DNA from: a bacterium
GTDB lineage: Bacteria; UBA10199; 2-02-FULL-44-16; JAAZCA01
DNA length: 64,000 nt
Assembly (NCBI GenBank): GCA_963674695.2
Contig: CAXXGI010000001.1
Coordinates: 576,001-640,000 of the forward strand
Reading direction: 5' to 3'
Position 1 is the stretch's first letter; every line of letters starts with the position of its first letter. A program made the translations under genes and the position numbers. Shown piece after piece: positions 48,280-58,179 of the stretch. The notes beneath the pieces are model-generated. The model made no database searches. It saw nothing but the letters and a program-made list of their open reading frames with translations, and was not told the DNA's origin.

Positions 48280-51200
48280 ATGACCAAGACACGCATCGCC
48301 CTCATCCTCACCCTCATCCTGATGATTTTCCTGGCCCTTCCCGAAAGCGCCTTCGCTGCCGATGGCGATGGCGACGGGTGGCAGGATGCCGCGGAAATCC
48401 TCTGCGGCACCGATGAAACCAATGTCGCCGACATGCCGACCGATACCGACGGTGATGGCGTTTGCGACGTCCTGGAAGATTCCGACCTCGACGGCGATGG
48501 GTTCTCCGCCGGCGTCGAAATGCTGTGCGGATCGGATCCGGCCGATGCGGGCGATGTGCCGACCGATACCGATGGCGATGGCGACTGCGACACGATCGAC
48601 GCCGATCGCGACGGCGATGGCTGGTACGATGCGATCGAAGACGGCTGCGGCACCGACCCGGCCGATGCGGGCGATGTGCCGACCGATACCGACGGCGATT
48701 CGATCTGCGACGCGATGGAAGTCTCCGACCGCGATGGCGACGGCGTCGTCGATGCGATCGAAACGCTCTGCGGTTCGAATCCGGCCGATGCCGGTTCGAT
48801 CCCGACCGACACCGATGCCGACGGCGACTGCGATGCCATCGACGCCGACCGCGACGGCGATGCGTGGGCCAATACGATGGAGACCGCTTGCGGCACCGAT
48901 GCGGACAACGCCGCCGACGTGCCGACCGACACTGACGGTGACAACGTCTGCGATGCGATGGAAGACGGCGACACCGACGGCGATGGGGTGGAAAACGCGG
49001 TCGAGACCGTCTGCGGGTCGGACCCCGCCAATGCGGCATCAACCCCGACCGACACCGATGGTGACGGCGACTGCGACGCGATCGACGATGACGACGATGC
49101 CGATGGATGGATCGACGCGCTCGAGACAGCCTGCGGAAACGATCCTGTCGATGCAGGGGACATACCGACCGACACGGATACCGACGGCATCTGCGACCTG
49201 ATGGAGACGGCCGATCTCGACGGCGACACCTATGCCAACGCGCATGAAACGCTGTGTAACTCCAACCCAAGCGATGCGGGGTCAACGCCGCCGGACACGG
49301 ACGGCGACGGCACCTGCGATGCGATCGACCCCGACATCGATGCGGACGGCTGGATCAACGAACTGGAGACGCTCTGCGCGACGGATCCGAGCGACAACGC
49401 CTCGATCCCGGTCGACACCGACGGCGATGGCCTCTGCGATGCGATGGAGACGGCCGACATCGACGGCGACGGTTTTGAAAATGCGATCGAGACGATGTGC
49501 GGATCCGACCCGGCCGATGCGGGTTCGACGCCGGCCGATGCGGATGGCGACGGCACCTGCGATACGCTCGACGCCGACACCGACGGCGATGGCTTCGGCA
49601 ACGACATCGAGACCGTCTGTGATTCCGATCCCAATGATGCGGGCGACACCCCGACCGACACCGATGGCGATGGCACCTGCGATGCCCTCGAAGATGACGA
49701 CCTCGACGGCGACGGTTTTGCCTCGGCCATCGAAGCGCTCTGCGGATCCGACCCCGCCGATGCGGGCGACACCCCTGCGGATGCCGATGGCGACGGCGAC
49801 TGCGATGCCATCGATGCCGACATCGACGGCGACACCTGGGCGAACACGATGGAAACCGCTTGCGGCACCGATCCGAACAACGCCGCCGACGTGCCGACCG
49901 ACACCGATGGCGATCTGATCTGCGATGCGATGGAGCAGGATGACATCGACGGCGACGGCGTGGCCAATGTCATCGAGGATCTCTGCGACTCGGATCCGGC
50001 CGACGCGGGTTCGACGCCGACCGACAGCGATGCCGACGGCACCTGCGACACGCTCGACGCCGACCGCGATGGCGACGGGTGGAGCAATGCTATCGAAGCC
50101 CCCTGCGGCACGAGTGCGGACAACGCCGCGGACATCCCGCTCGACCTGGACGCCGACGGCGTCTGTGACGCGATGGAGGATGCTGATACCGACGGCGACG
50201 GCTCCACCGACGCCGAAGAAAACCTGTGTGGATCAGATGCGAACAACGCGGCCGTTACGCCCATCGATGCCGCACACGACGCGGACGGCGATGGAACGTG
50301 CGACGCCCTCGACGCCGATCGCGATGGCGACGGCTGGGACGACACGATCGAGACCGGCTGCGGCACCGACCCCGCCGATGGAGCGGACGTCCCCGCCGAC
50401 ACCGACGGCGATCTGATCTGCGATGCGATGGAGGTCGCCGACATCGATGGCGACGGATTCTCCAATGCCTTGGAAACCATCTGCGGATCCTCCACGACCG
50501 ACGCGTTGGAAACGCCCACGGACATCACGCGCGACATCGACGGCGACGGCACCTGTAACGAACTCGACGCCGACCGCGATGGCGACGGATGGGACGACAC
50601 GATCGAAGCTCCCTGTGGCACCGACCCGGCCGACGGAGGCGACACGCCTGCCGACACCGACGGCGATTCGATCTGCGACGCGATGGAGATCGCCGACACC
50701 GACGGCGACGGATTCTCCAACACCTTAGAGACGATCTGCGGATCCTCCACGACCGTTGCCGGGCAGACGCCGATCGATGCCACGCGCGACATCGACAGCG
50801 ACGGCACCTGTAATGCCCTGGACAACGATCAGGATGGCGACGGCTGGATCAACGATATCGAAACCCTCTGCGGATTCGACGCGGCCGATGCCGCCTCGAT
50901 TCCGGCCGATGTGGATGGCAACGGCATCTGCGATGCCCTGCAGGATCCGGCTCGTCCGGTGATCACCGCACTCACGATCGACGGCGTTGCGGGCCCCGCC
51001 ACCAAGGATGAAGGCACGGTGGTCACCTTGGGCGTCACCGCCAGCGATCCGCTGAACGACACGCTCACCTATCTCTATACGCGCGTGAGCGGACCGGCCG
51101 TCGTTTTGCCGGGCGGCGATGGAACCAATACCCTCGCCGTCACGCTTCCGAGCGTGGCCGGTGACGAACAGCTTATCATCCGCGTGGCCGTTCAGAATGA

Positions 51201-53775
51201 ACGCGGGCTCATCTCTCTCCCCGAGACGGCGACGATCACCGTGAATGCCATCAACCAGGCGCCCGTCGCGCGCATCGGCGGCAACTTCACCGTCGGCGAA
51301 CAGGAGGATATCTTCCTCTCGGGAGCGGAAAGCTCTGATGCGGACGGCAATGCGCTCACCTACGCCTGGGTGCTCACCGATAACGGCGGCGGCACCTGCA
51401 ACTTGACCGTCGCGAATCAGATGGAGACGCGCGTGACAACGAATATCGTCAACGCCGCGACGAACTGCACGATTCAACTGGTCGTCAACGACGGCATCAC
51501 CAATTCAGTCGCAGCCATCGAAACGCTCACGGTCCTCAACACCGACAATACCGAGCCGGAGGTGACGACCGTGCGCCTGACCGACACCGGTGGCGGGGAC
51601 ACGACCTACAACCTCCCAGCCTCTATCGGCCCCTATGCGATGAACGAAAACGAAACGCTCACGATTGCGGTGACCGCCACCGACGACGATGGCGATCCGC
51701 TGGTCTATCGCTATACGCAGATCGCGGGGGCGAGCCTCAACCTCCCTGCGGAGGATGACGATTCCGTCGATGTGGGCATCCCCGAGATTGCCGGCATCGC
51801 GAATGACACGATCGTCATCCGCATCGACGTCGATGATGATCAGGGCGGCACGAGCACGCCGGTCTTCGCGATCATCACCGCCGCACAGGTGGATCGCGCA
51901 CCGGTGGCGAACGCCGGCCCCGATCACGCGGCCAACGAGGGCGACCTGGTGACGCTCGATGGAACGGAGAGTGCCGACCCGGACACCGACGCCCTCACGC
52001 TCACCTGGGAGCAGATCGACGCCAACCCGGCGCTGCCGGAATTTGTCGCCGGCGGCGGCACACTCGTCGGCATGCGCGTGCAATTCACCGCACCGAGCAC
52101 GCTCACCGCGGATACGACCTACAGCTTCCGCGTGACTGCTGATGACGGCCGCGGACAAACCGCAACCGATGATGTCGACGTCATCGTGCGCAACAGCCAG
52201 AACGCTGTGCCGACGATCGTGCTCGGCGATCAGACCGTCGATGAAGGCGACATCGTCACCGTCACCGCGATAGTGACCGAACCCGACACGATCGGAGGTG
52301 GGAACGAACAGCAGGTCCACACCTCCACCTGGATGCAGACCGGCGGTCCAGACGTCGATATCACCGTCAACGGGGTCGATCAGGACGAGTTCAGCTTCGA
52401 TGCCCCGACCGTGAATGCACAGACCGACTTCACTTTCCGCCTGATGGTCTCCGATGGTCGTGGCGGAGTCGCGATGGGCACTGCGGTGATCACGGTGCGC
52501 AACAACGTCAACGAAGCGCCGGTGGCAAAGGCGGGCGTGGATCGCACGGTCTCCGAGCAGACCACCGTCGTCCTCGACGGCACGCGTTCGTATGATGACA
52601 ACGATCCGAATAAAGAGAATCTCACCTTCGCGTGGACGCAGACGGCCGGAACCGCGGTGACGATCGATGCGGCCAACGCTCAGGTCGCCACCTTCGTCTC
52701 GCCGAAGGTCGTCGAGGCGGGCCAGACGCTCACCTTCGAACTCACCGTCAGCGACAACGACGCCACCGATCCGAAGACAGCGACCGATACGGTGACGATC
52801 ACGATCACCAACGACGTGAATGAAATGCCCACCGTCGACGCCGGCGACGACGTCATCACCGGCGAGGGTCAGGCCGTCACGCTCACCGCGGTCGGCACCG
52901 ATGAGAACGAGGCCGATGACTCAACGCTCACCTATTCCTGGGTGCAGATATCCGGAACGACGGTGACGCTCGAGGATGCCGATACGGCCGCGATGAGTTT
53001 CACCACGCCCACGGGAGAGCGCAACACGACGCTCGTCTTCGCGGTCACCGTCACCGATCCGGAGGGCGACTCGGCAACCGACACGATCACCGTCGATGTG
53101 CGCGATCTGTTTCTGTCGTGCGCACAGACCGAGATCATCGCCGCGAACGGCGAGGAGGTGACCATCGAGTGCACCGCCCAGACGGGTGAGGATGCAGCGG
53201 CTATCTTCTATGAGATCGTCGCGATCAATGGCCAGAGCACAGGCGGAGTGGCGCGTGCAGCCGAAGAGGAGTACATCACACCGGTGGAATTCTCCGTCGC
53301 CACCGATCCGACGGCGCCGATGTTCGACCTCACCGCGCCGGCAACAATCGATTTCTCCGCAGCGGCCGCGCCATCATCACAAACCTACAACGTGGCCCTT
53401 CCCTCGCAGGACTTCGAGATCACGCTCGCGATCGGAGAGAATCAGCAGACGACCTACGAGGCGCGGCAGACCTGGATCCGCACCGCCGTGCTGCCGACGA
53501 TCGATTCGCTCGACGGCATACGCTACACGATCCGCGCAACGGCTGTGAGCCAATACGGCAGCGAGGATGCCGCCGACGTGGTCATCACCACCGAGCCCCC
53601 CTTCTCTATCGGCGGAGGCGGTGGCCGTGGCATGTTTGGTCTGGGTATGATGGGATGCCAGCTCAACGCCCGCGCGAACGAACACCCCAGCCGCAATTCG
53701 TTCATCGCGTTCCTGTTCCTCCTCATGAGCACGTTCGGCGCCATCCTCATCTTCCGCCGCGCACGGTCGCAGTGA
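48280..53775 (+). CDS. Large surface protein: signal peptide, 21 Ca-binding DxDxDG/Cys repeats, PKD/cadherin-like Ig domains, MYXO-CTERM-like anchor
   Basis: AFA signal cleavage site; repeats DxDGDGxxxxxExxCGxDPxDAxxxPxDTDGDGxCD; NxAPVAxAGxD..LDG..S.D domains; GGGG..GC, TM helix, RRARSQ at the C-terminus. Confidence 0.9.
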   Translation: MTKTRIALILTLILMIFLALPESAFAADGDGDGWQDAAEILCGTDETNVADMPTDTDGDGVCDVLEDSDLDGDGFSAGVEMLCGSDPADAGDVPTDTDGDGDCDTIDADRDGDGWYDAIEDGCGTDPADAGDVPTDTDGDSICDAMEVSDRDGDGVVDAIETLCGSNPADAGSIPTDTDADGDCDAIDADRDGDAWANTMETACGTDADNAADVPTDTDGDNVCDAMEDGDTDGDGVENAVETVCGSDPANAASTPTDTDGDGDCDAIDDDDDADGWIDALETACGNDPVDAGDIPTDTDTDGICDLMETADLDGDTYANAHETLCNSNPSDAGSTPPDTDGDGTCDAIDPDIDADGWINELETLCATDPSDNASIPVDTDGDGLCDAMETADIDGDGFENAIETMCGSDPADAGSTPADADGDGTCDTLDADTDGDGFGNDIETVCDSDPNDAGDTPTDTDGDGTCDALEDDDLDGDGFASAIEALCGSDPADAGDTPADADGDGDCDAIDADIDGDTWANTMETACGTDPNNAADVPTDTDGDLICDAMEQDDIDGDGVANVIEDLCDSDPADAGSTPTDSDADGTCDTLDADRDGDGWSNAIEAPCGTSADNAADIPLDLDADGVCDAMEDADTDGDGSTDAEENLCGSDANNAAVTPIDAAHDADGDGTCDALDADRDGDGWDDTIETGCGTDPADGADVPADTDGDLICDAMEVADIDGDGFSNALETICGSSTTDALETPTDITRDIDGDGTCNELDADRDGDGWDDTIEAPCGTDPADGGDTPADTDGDSICDAMEIADTDGDGFSNTLETICGSSTTVAGQTPIDATRDIDSDGTCNALDNDQDGDGWINDIETLCGFDAADAASIPADVDGNGICDALQDPARPVITALTIDGVAGPATKDEGTVVTLGVTASDPLNDTLTYLYTRVSGPAVVLPGGDGTNTLAVTLPSVAGDEQLIIRVAVQNERGLISLPETATITVNAINQAPVARIGGNFTVGEQEDIFLSGAESSDADGNALTYAWVLTDNGGGTCNLTVANQMETRVTTNIVNAATNCTIQLVVNDGITNSVAAIETLTVLNTDNTEPEVTTVRLTDTGGGDTTYNLPASIGPYAMNENETLTIAVTATDDDGDPLVYRYTQIAGASLNLPAEDDDSVDVGIPEIAGIANDTIVIRIDVDDDQGGTSTPVFAIITAAQVDRAPVANAGPDHAANEGDLVTLDGTESADPDTDALTLTWEQIDANPALPEFVAGGGTLVGMRVQFTAPSTLTADTTYSFRVTADDGRGQTATDDVDVIVRNSQNAVPTIVLGDQTVDEGDIVTVTAIVTEPDTIGGGNEQQVHTSTWMQTGGPDVDITVNGVDQDEFSFDAPTVNAQTDFTFRLMVSDGRGGVAMGTAVITVRNNVNEAPVAKAGVDRTVSEQTTVVLDGTRSYDDNDPNKENLTFAWTQTAGTAVTIDAANAQVATFVSPKVVEAGQTLTFELTVSDNDATDPKTATDTVTITITNDVNEMPTVDAGDDVITGEGQAVTLTAVGTDENEADDSTLTYSWVQISGTTVTLEDADTAAMSFTTPTGERNTTLVFAVTVTDPEGDSATDTITVDVRDLFLSCAQTEIIAANGEEVTIECTAQTGEDAAAIFYEIVAINGQSTGGVARAAEEEYITPVEFSVATDPTAPMFDLTAPATIDFSAAAAPSSQTYNVALPSQDFEITLAIGENQQTTYEARQTWIRTAVLPTIDSLDGIRYTIRATAVSQYGSEDAADVVITTEPPFSIGGGGGRGMFGLGMMGCQLNARANEHPSRNSFIAFLFLLMSTFGAILIFRRARSQ

Positions 53776-53797
53776 TCGTCGTGGCACACCGAAACAC

Positions 53798-53835
53798 AAA
53801 CCCCCTTCCGCGATCCCATGTGGAAGGGGGTTTTT
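53798..53835. terminator. Bidirectional rho-independent terminator
   Basis: AAACCCCCTTCCGC...GTGGAAGGGGGTTTTT between convergent genes. Confidence 0.8.
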
Positions 53836-53857
53836 CAATCGTTCAACCGAACGTCGT

Positions 53858-54046
53858 CTATGAACAGCAGTTCTTCTTCTCCTTGCTCTCGCCGCAGCAG
53901 CAGCGGTTGATGAACCCGCGGATGATGACGAGCGCACCCAGGACGGTGAGCGCAATCGGCGCCCAGCTGAGATTCCACCACGCAAAGACGATGACACCGA
54001 TCCCTAAGATGATCGTGCAAAAACACGGCAGCCATTTCTTTTCCAT
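53858..54046 (-). CDS. Small 2-TM protein with Cys-rich tail
   Basis: AAGGGGGG RBS; two TM helices, then RCCCGESKEKKNCCS. Confidence 0.6.
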   Translation of the reverse strand: MEKKWLPCFCTIILGIGVIVFAWWNLSWAPIALTVLGALVIIRGFINRCCCGESKEKKNCCS

Positions 54047-54145
54047 CGTATCCCCCCTTTCGTGAATGGTGTGACCGAAATCTATCAGGATTGATCTCCG
54101 ATCTCAAGCCCGCTCCTGACAGATCTAATGCGCGGAAAATACCAC

Positions 54146-54172
54146 GAAACTTCCTCAGAAAACTGCCGATAA
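54146..54172 (+). promoter_or_regulatory. Sigma28-like promoter
   Basis: GAAACTTC-N11-GCCGATAA. Confidence 0.65.
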
Positions 54173-54212
54173 TTCTACCAGTGCTACAATCCCTTTTTTA
54201 CAGGAGGTCCCC

Positions 54213-54578
54213 ATGTCTGAAATACAGCTCGGCATTCGTTTTCACATCCCTGACACATTCGGCTTTCAACCGATAGAATCCCTGCCAAAGAAATCGCTCT
54301 TTACCAATGAATCGTCCAAGGAAATGATGCGTTCGCTGAAGCAGAAACCCCTGCGCCTGCAGCTCACACTCAACGGCATCATGAGCAGACCGCAAGGACA
54401 TCGCATCAGCGGAGGGCTGAACCTGCGCAAATTCCTGAACTCGCTCTGGATGCAGGAGCAGCACCTACCTCCGCACATGGATGTGCCTATGGATGTGCCT
54501 TTTTCTGAGCTTGACGGATTCGAGCTGGGCCTGGAGAACCTCCTGCACGGGTCGTCCCCATTTCCCCGGCTCGACTGA
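54213..54578 (+). CDS. Hypothetical protein
   Basis: Strong AGGAGGT RBS and sigma28-like promoter; no recognisable motif. Confidence 0.6.
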   Translation: MSEIQLGIRFHIPDTFGFQPIESLPKKSLFTNESSKEMMRSLKQKPLRLQLTLNGIMSRPQGHRISGGLNLRKFLNSLWMQEQHLPPHMDVPMDVPFSELDGFELGLENLLHGSSPFPRLD

Positions 54579-54628
54579 CGTCGGCCTGGCCGCTTGCACG
54601 ACCCTCACGCACGCGCTAGAAGATCATC

Positions 54629-55300
54629 ATGTTTCGTCTGCGCCTGCCCATCCTCATCTCGCTTGCCATTCACCTGACCCTCATCGGCGCAGTGGTTCTG
54701 GGTGCGCTCTTCATCGTGCACGATGAAGCGCCCCAACTCGGCGGCATCGGCGGTGCGGGGGGCGAGGTCGTCGATGTCTGGCTTGCCGGGCCACGCGGCG
54801 AGACGTTCGGTGAGAGGGCGGCGCTCAGGGGCACAGAGGAGCGAGCGCGCGCGAAGGCGCGGCGACGAATTCTTCGGCGAAAGACAACCAAACGGGAAGA
54901 GGGGGAAACAACGCGTCGAACGGTCGTGCACGCCGGCGCGGGCACGAGCGCGGGAGTGGGCAGCGGTCTCGGCACGGGCGTGGGCAGCGGCGCGGGCGTG
55001 GGAACGGGATCGAGCGTGGGCGCAGGCAGCGGCGGCCCGAGCGTCCTGGCCGAGATCTGGAAGCGCATCAACCGAAACAAATACTATCCCTCGATGGCGC
55101 GGCGCCAGGGGCTCGAGGGGAAACCCAAGGTGACCTTCGTCATCGACGGCGATGGCTCGATCGCGCGCGTCCACCTGGCTCAGTCCTGCGGTTCGAGCGT
55201 TCTGGACAACGCCGCCATCGAAACGATCCGGCGCGCCGCCCCGCTCCCCTTCTATGCGGGGCCGATCACGGTGACGGTGCGCTATTCGCTTGAGGAGTAA
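54629..55300 (+). CDS. TonB family energy transducer
   Basis: N-terminal TM with SxxxH (SLAIH), Gly-rich linker, YYPSMARRQGLEG, F.IDGDG, SCGSSVLDNAA. Confidence 0.88.
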   Translation: MFRLRLPILISLAIHLTLIGAVVLGALFIVHDEAPQLGGIGGAGGEVVDVWLAGPRGETFGERAALRGTEERARAKARRRILRRKTTKREEGETTRRTVVHAGAGTSAGVGSGLGTGVGSGAGVGTGSSVGAGSGGPSVLAEIWKRINRNKYYPSMARRQGLEGKPKVTFVIDGDGSIARVHLAQSCGSSVLDNAAIETIRRAAPLPFYAGPITVTVRYSLEE

Positions 55301-55305
55301 ACGGC

Positions 55306-56205
55306 ATGATCCAGATTCGTCGCAAAAAGGAGAAACCGAAGGGCCAGGCGCTCGGCTCTATCAAGGAGTCTCCCAAAAAGGAATCGGGCGGCACGTATGT
55401 CGGCGCCTTTCCGGGAAAGCCGTGGGAACGACTCACCGAACGCTTTCACCGCCGCGGATCGAGACTGCTCACCCTCTCCGATGAGGAGCAGCGCGAGGTC
55501 GTTGAGCTGGCCCGACGATTCTTCGGCTGTGTGAACGACGATTTCCCTCGCGCGCGCATCGCGATCCAGACGGCGCTGGACGCGCCGACGGAGAAGGCGG
55601 CGCGACACTTCTTCGAAGTGACGCTCTTTCCGGAGAAGCGGCTCGTCGTGCGCGCCTACCTCACCAACGCCTCGGGGCGCTTCATCGAGCATGAGAACGC
55701 GCTCGCGCTGCTCACCCATATCGCCAATGCCGGGCTCGACTTCGAGGTCGGCGCCATCGACCATGTCATCGATACGGAACTTCGCACGGAGCTGATCGTC
55801 GGCGACGGGACGGAGGTGATCTCGGCCACCGGCTACTGGTTCGCGCACACCCATCCGGCGCGCGCCGGGGTCACCGAGAACATCCTGCCCTCGACGCAGG
55901 ACATCGACGTGATGGTGCTGACCGCACACGCCTGGGCGCAGCATGGTCATCGATGGGAGACGGAGTATTATGTCCTGCGCGATATCGGGGGGACGCGCGT
56001 GAGGATCGAAACGAACAAACCGGAGGGGCCGGCGCCCGCGACGATCGAGGGCGTCGCCATCGCCTACTGGTTCGACGGCGACGACGCCTCCGCCGTCGAC
56101 CGACACCGCCGTGCCCTCGAGGCCCACCTGCGCATGCGCCATCATATCACCGCAGATCAACTCACAGTCCGCCGCGAGTCCTCGCGCGAGAGCATCTCTC
56201 CGTAG
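55306..56205 (+). CDS. JAB/MPN(JAMM)-motif protein
   Basis: FEVGAI...WFAHTHP..(x)..LPSTQDID matches the E..HxH..S..D metalloprotease motif. Confidence 0.65.
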   Translation: MIQIRRKKEKPKGQALGSIKESPKKESGGTYVGAFPGKPWERLTERFHRRGSRLLTLSDEEQREVVELARRFFGCVNDDFPRARIAIQTALDAPTEKAARHFFEVTLFPEKRLVVRAYLTNASGRFIEHENALALLTHIANAGLDFEVGAIDHVIDTELRTELIVGDGTEVISATGYWFAHTHPARAGVTENILPSTQDIDVMVLTAHAWAQHGHRWETEYYVLRDIGGTRVRIETNKPEGPAPATIEGVAIAYWFDGDDASAVDRHRRALEAHLRMRHHITADQLTVRRESSRESISP

Positions 56206-56221
56206 AGTTTGTCGTTTTTGA

Positions 56222-56292
56222 TGTCATTCCCGAGGAATCGGGAATCTCGACGTACGTGAAAAATCGAGATTCCCGATTCCTCGGGAATGACA
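56222..56292. repeat. REP-like doublet
   Basis: TGTCATTCCCGAGGAATCGGGAATCTCGA...TCGAGATTCCCGATTCCTCGGGAATGACA. Confidence 0.85.
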
Positions 56293-56307
56293 AAAAAAGG
56301 ATAAAAG

Positions 56308-58149
56308 CTAAGGATGTGCAGGCAAGGCGCAAATCTGTCGTTCGTCGTCGTAGTAAGGATCGCCGAAGACGGGGCCGATGGGTTCATCGATGTGGATGGT
56401 GAATTTGGCCAGCCCCCCGGATTCGCCTTCGGGATTCTCGCCGTAGGGACCGATCGGGATCGCGCCACCATCCATGCGCGCCAACTGCGGCATCGAATCC
56501 CGGTACGGCTCCGGGTTCCAGAAACAGTCGGTCAGCATCTGCGCGATCACGATCCCTCCGACAACGAAGGCGAGCTTGGTGCCCACGGTGATCGCCGCAC
56601 CCGGAACGATGAATGGGCCACCGATGATGAGAACCAGAGCTGCACCGACACCGATGAGCGCGACGGTTCCATATTTCCACTGCTCTTCACGTGAATAGGG
56701 GATGATTTTGTCCTCTTTATCGACACGCTTCACCGTATATCCGACAACGGCATCGCTCAGCTGGTTCAAATTATGGCGCAGCATAAAGCCACCCCCAGCA
56801 GTATTGAACACCATGGCCACCGCCATGATCGGCACCGGCGGCAACTTCGCTCCGATGAGCGCGATATCGGTGGCCATGATGACGCTGCCGCCACGACGGG
56901 CCATCTCGGCTGCAGATGCAAAAAACCAATAGGCGTGCTGTATCAATCGGAAGGCATTGTCGCCGATGTCGACGCAGGCATCGCCGAGGGCAAAGACATC
57001 ATAATTCTCGGGATCGTTCTTATAGTTGTCGATCTCGCGGTCGATCTTGACCACACTGGCCGCGATCCCCGCGCCGTAGGCGAGCTGCGAAAAAACCTTT
57101 CCCCACCGCGCCAGCTTCAATGCCTTCTCCTGCAGGCGCCAATACTTGCTCGCCTCCTTGCCATGCACCTTTTCAAACGCGGCAAGGGCCTTTGCCCCTC
57201 CCTCACGCGCCTCGCGAAAGGCGTGATAGGTCTTGATGTCGGAAACATTCTTCGCCGCGCCGTTGCCCAAGGCCTTGAGGATGTCGCCCGCCGCGCGCTG
57301 CACCGCCCCTGCACCACCGTTGAACTTCTGGACGCCGACGAAGATCGTGGAGGTCCCCGTATCCGAACCGATCATCGCCCAGGTCTTGCCATCGCATCCT
57401 TCATCGGAGGCCAGACACACGCCCCCCGCGACCATGTTGCCCGCGATGCGCATGTAGTTGGCGCGGTTGAACCACTTGCCCGCATCCTTGCCCATCGCAC
57501 CGCCGGCCGCGCGGACCTCGTTGCGATGCTCGCGCAGCTGGGCCTGGCTCTTTCCCCGCAGCTCTTTGGGCATGAAGACGCGGTCGTAGGCCTTGCCCAC
57601 CCTGGTGTCGCTGTCGAAGATGCGCGAGAGCGTCGACGTCTTGGTGAAGATCGGCTGGTTCGGATTGTCGAGGTATTGAAATTTGTTCCCCCGCCCGAAG
57701 CGCTGGCCATAGGAATACATCCCGCGGGTGAAGGCCATGCGCCAGGCCGCCTTGCCGGACTTGTGGATGCCGTAGGCGAACTCGCTGTTGATCTTTTCCT
57801 CTTCCTTGGCCGAATCGAAGATCGTCCCGTCCGGATTGCGGATGGGTGAGAGCTCTTCGGTCATCGGCCCGGGAAGGGTCGAGAGGAGATTGTTCTCGAT
57901 CCCCTGAAAGAAGGCGTCGAGCTGCACCTCGCTCGCGGCCATGATCTGGATCGAACCGGATGCAGGGTCGAAGAAGGCGCCCGCACCGCCGGGGATGTCG
58001 ACCGCCTCATCGGTGATCGTGATCGTAACAGGGGTTTCCGGCGTGAAGGGACCGAACGCCGCGCTCAGCGGCGCCATGGCCGGCGCCATCGCGAACGGAT
58101 CTTGGCTCACTTCGGGAAGAGCATGTGTGGATTCGATCCGATCGCCCAT
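56308..58149 (-). CDS. Hypothetical protein with several Gly/Ala-rich hydrophobic segments
   Basis: AAGGGGAG RBS; no signal peptide; C-terminal hydrophobic hairpin YGTVALIGVGAALVLIIGGPFIVPGAAITVGTKLAFVVGGIVIA. Confidence 0.7.
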   Translation of the reverse strand: MGDRIESTHALPEVSQDPFAMAPAMAPLSAAFGPFTPETPVTITITDEAVDIPGGAGAFFDPASGSIQIMAASEVQLDAFFQGIENNLLSTLPGPMTEELSPIRNPDGTIFDSAKEEEKINSEFAYGIHKSGKAAWRMAFTRGMYSYGQRFGRGNKFQYLDNPNQPIFTKTSTLSRIFDSDTRVGKAYDRVFMPKELRGKSQAQLREHRNEVRAAGGAMGKDAGKWFNRANYMRIAGNMVAGGVCLASDEGCDGKTWAMIGSDTGTSTIFVGVQKFNGGAGAVQRAAGDILKALGNGAAKNVSDIKTYHAFREAREGGAKALAAFEKVHGKEASKYWRLQEKALKLARWGKVFSQLAYGAGIAASVVKIDREIDNYKNDPENYDVFALGDACVDIGDNAFRLIQHAYWFFASAAEMARRGGSVIMATDIALIGAKLPPVPIMAVAMVFNTAGGGFMLRHNLNQLSDAVVGYTVKRVDKEDKIIPYSREEQWKYGTVALIGVGAALVLIIGGPFIVPGAAITVGTKLAFVVGGIVIAQMLTDCFWNPEPYRDSMPQLARMDGGAIPIGPYGENPEGESGGLAKFTIHIDEPIGPVFGDPYYDDERQICALPAHP

Positions 58150-58179
58150 GGGAATAATCTCCCCTTTCAGAAAACGTCT

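Noticed and set aside
48361-50946. Long tandem DNA repeats as a possible CRISPR array
   Set aside because: The repeats are in-frame, degenerate at codon third positions and encode protein repeats; there are no unique spacers or cas genes.
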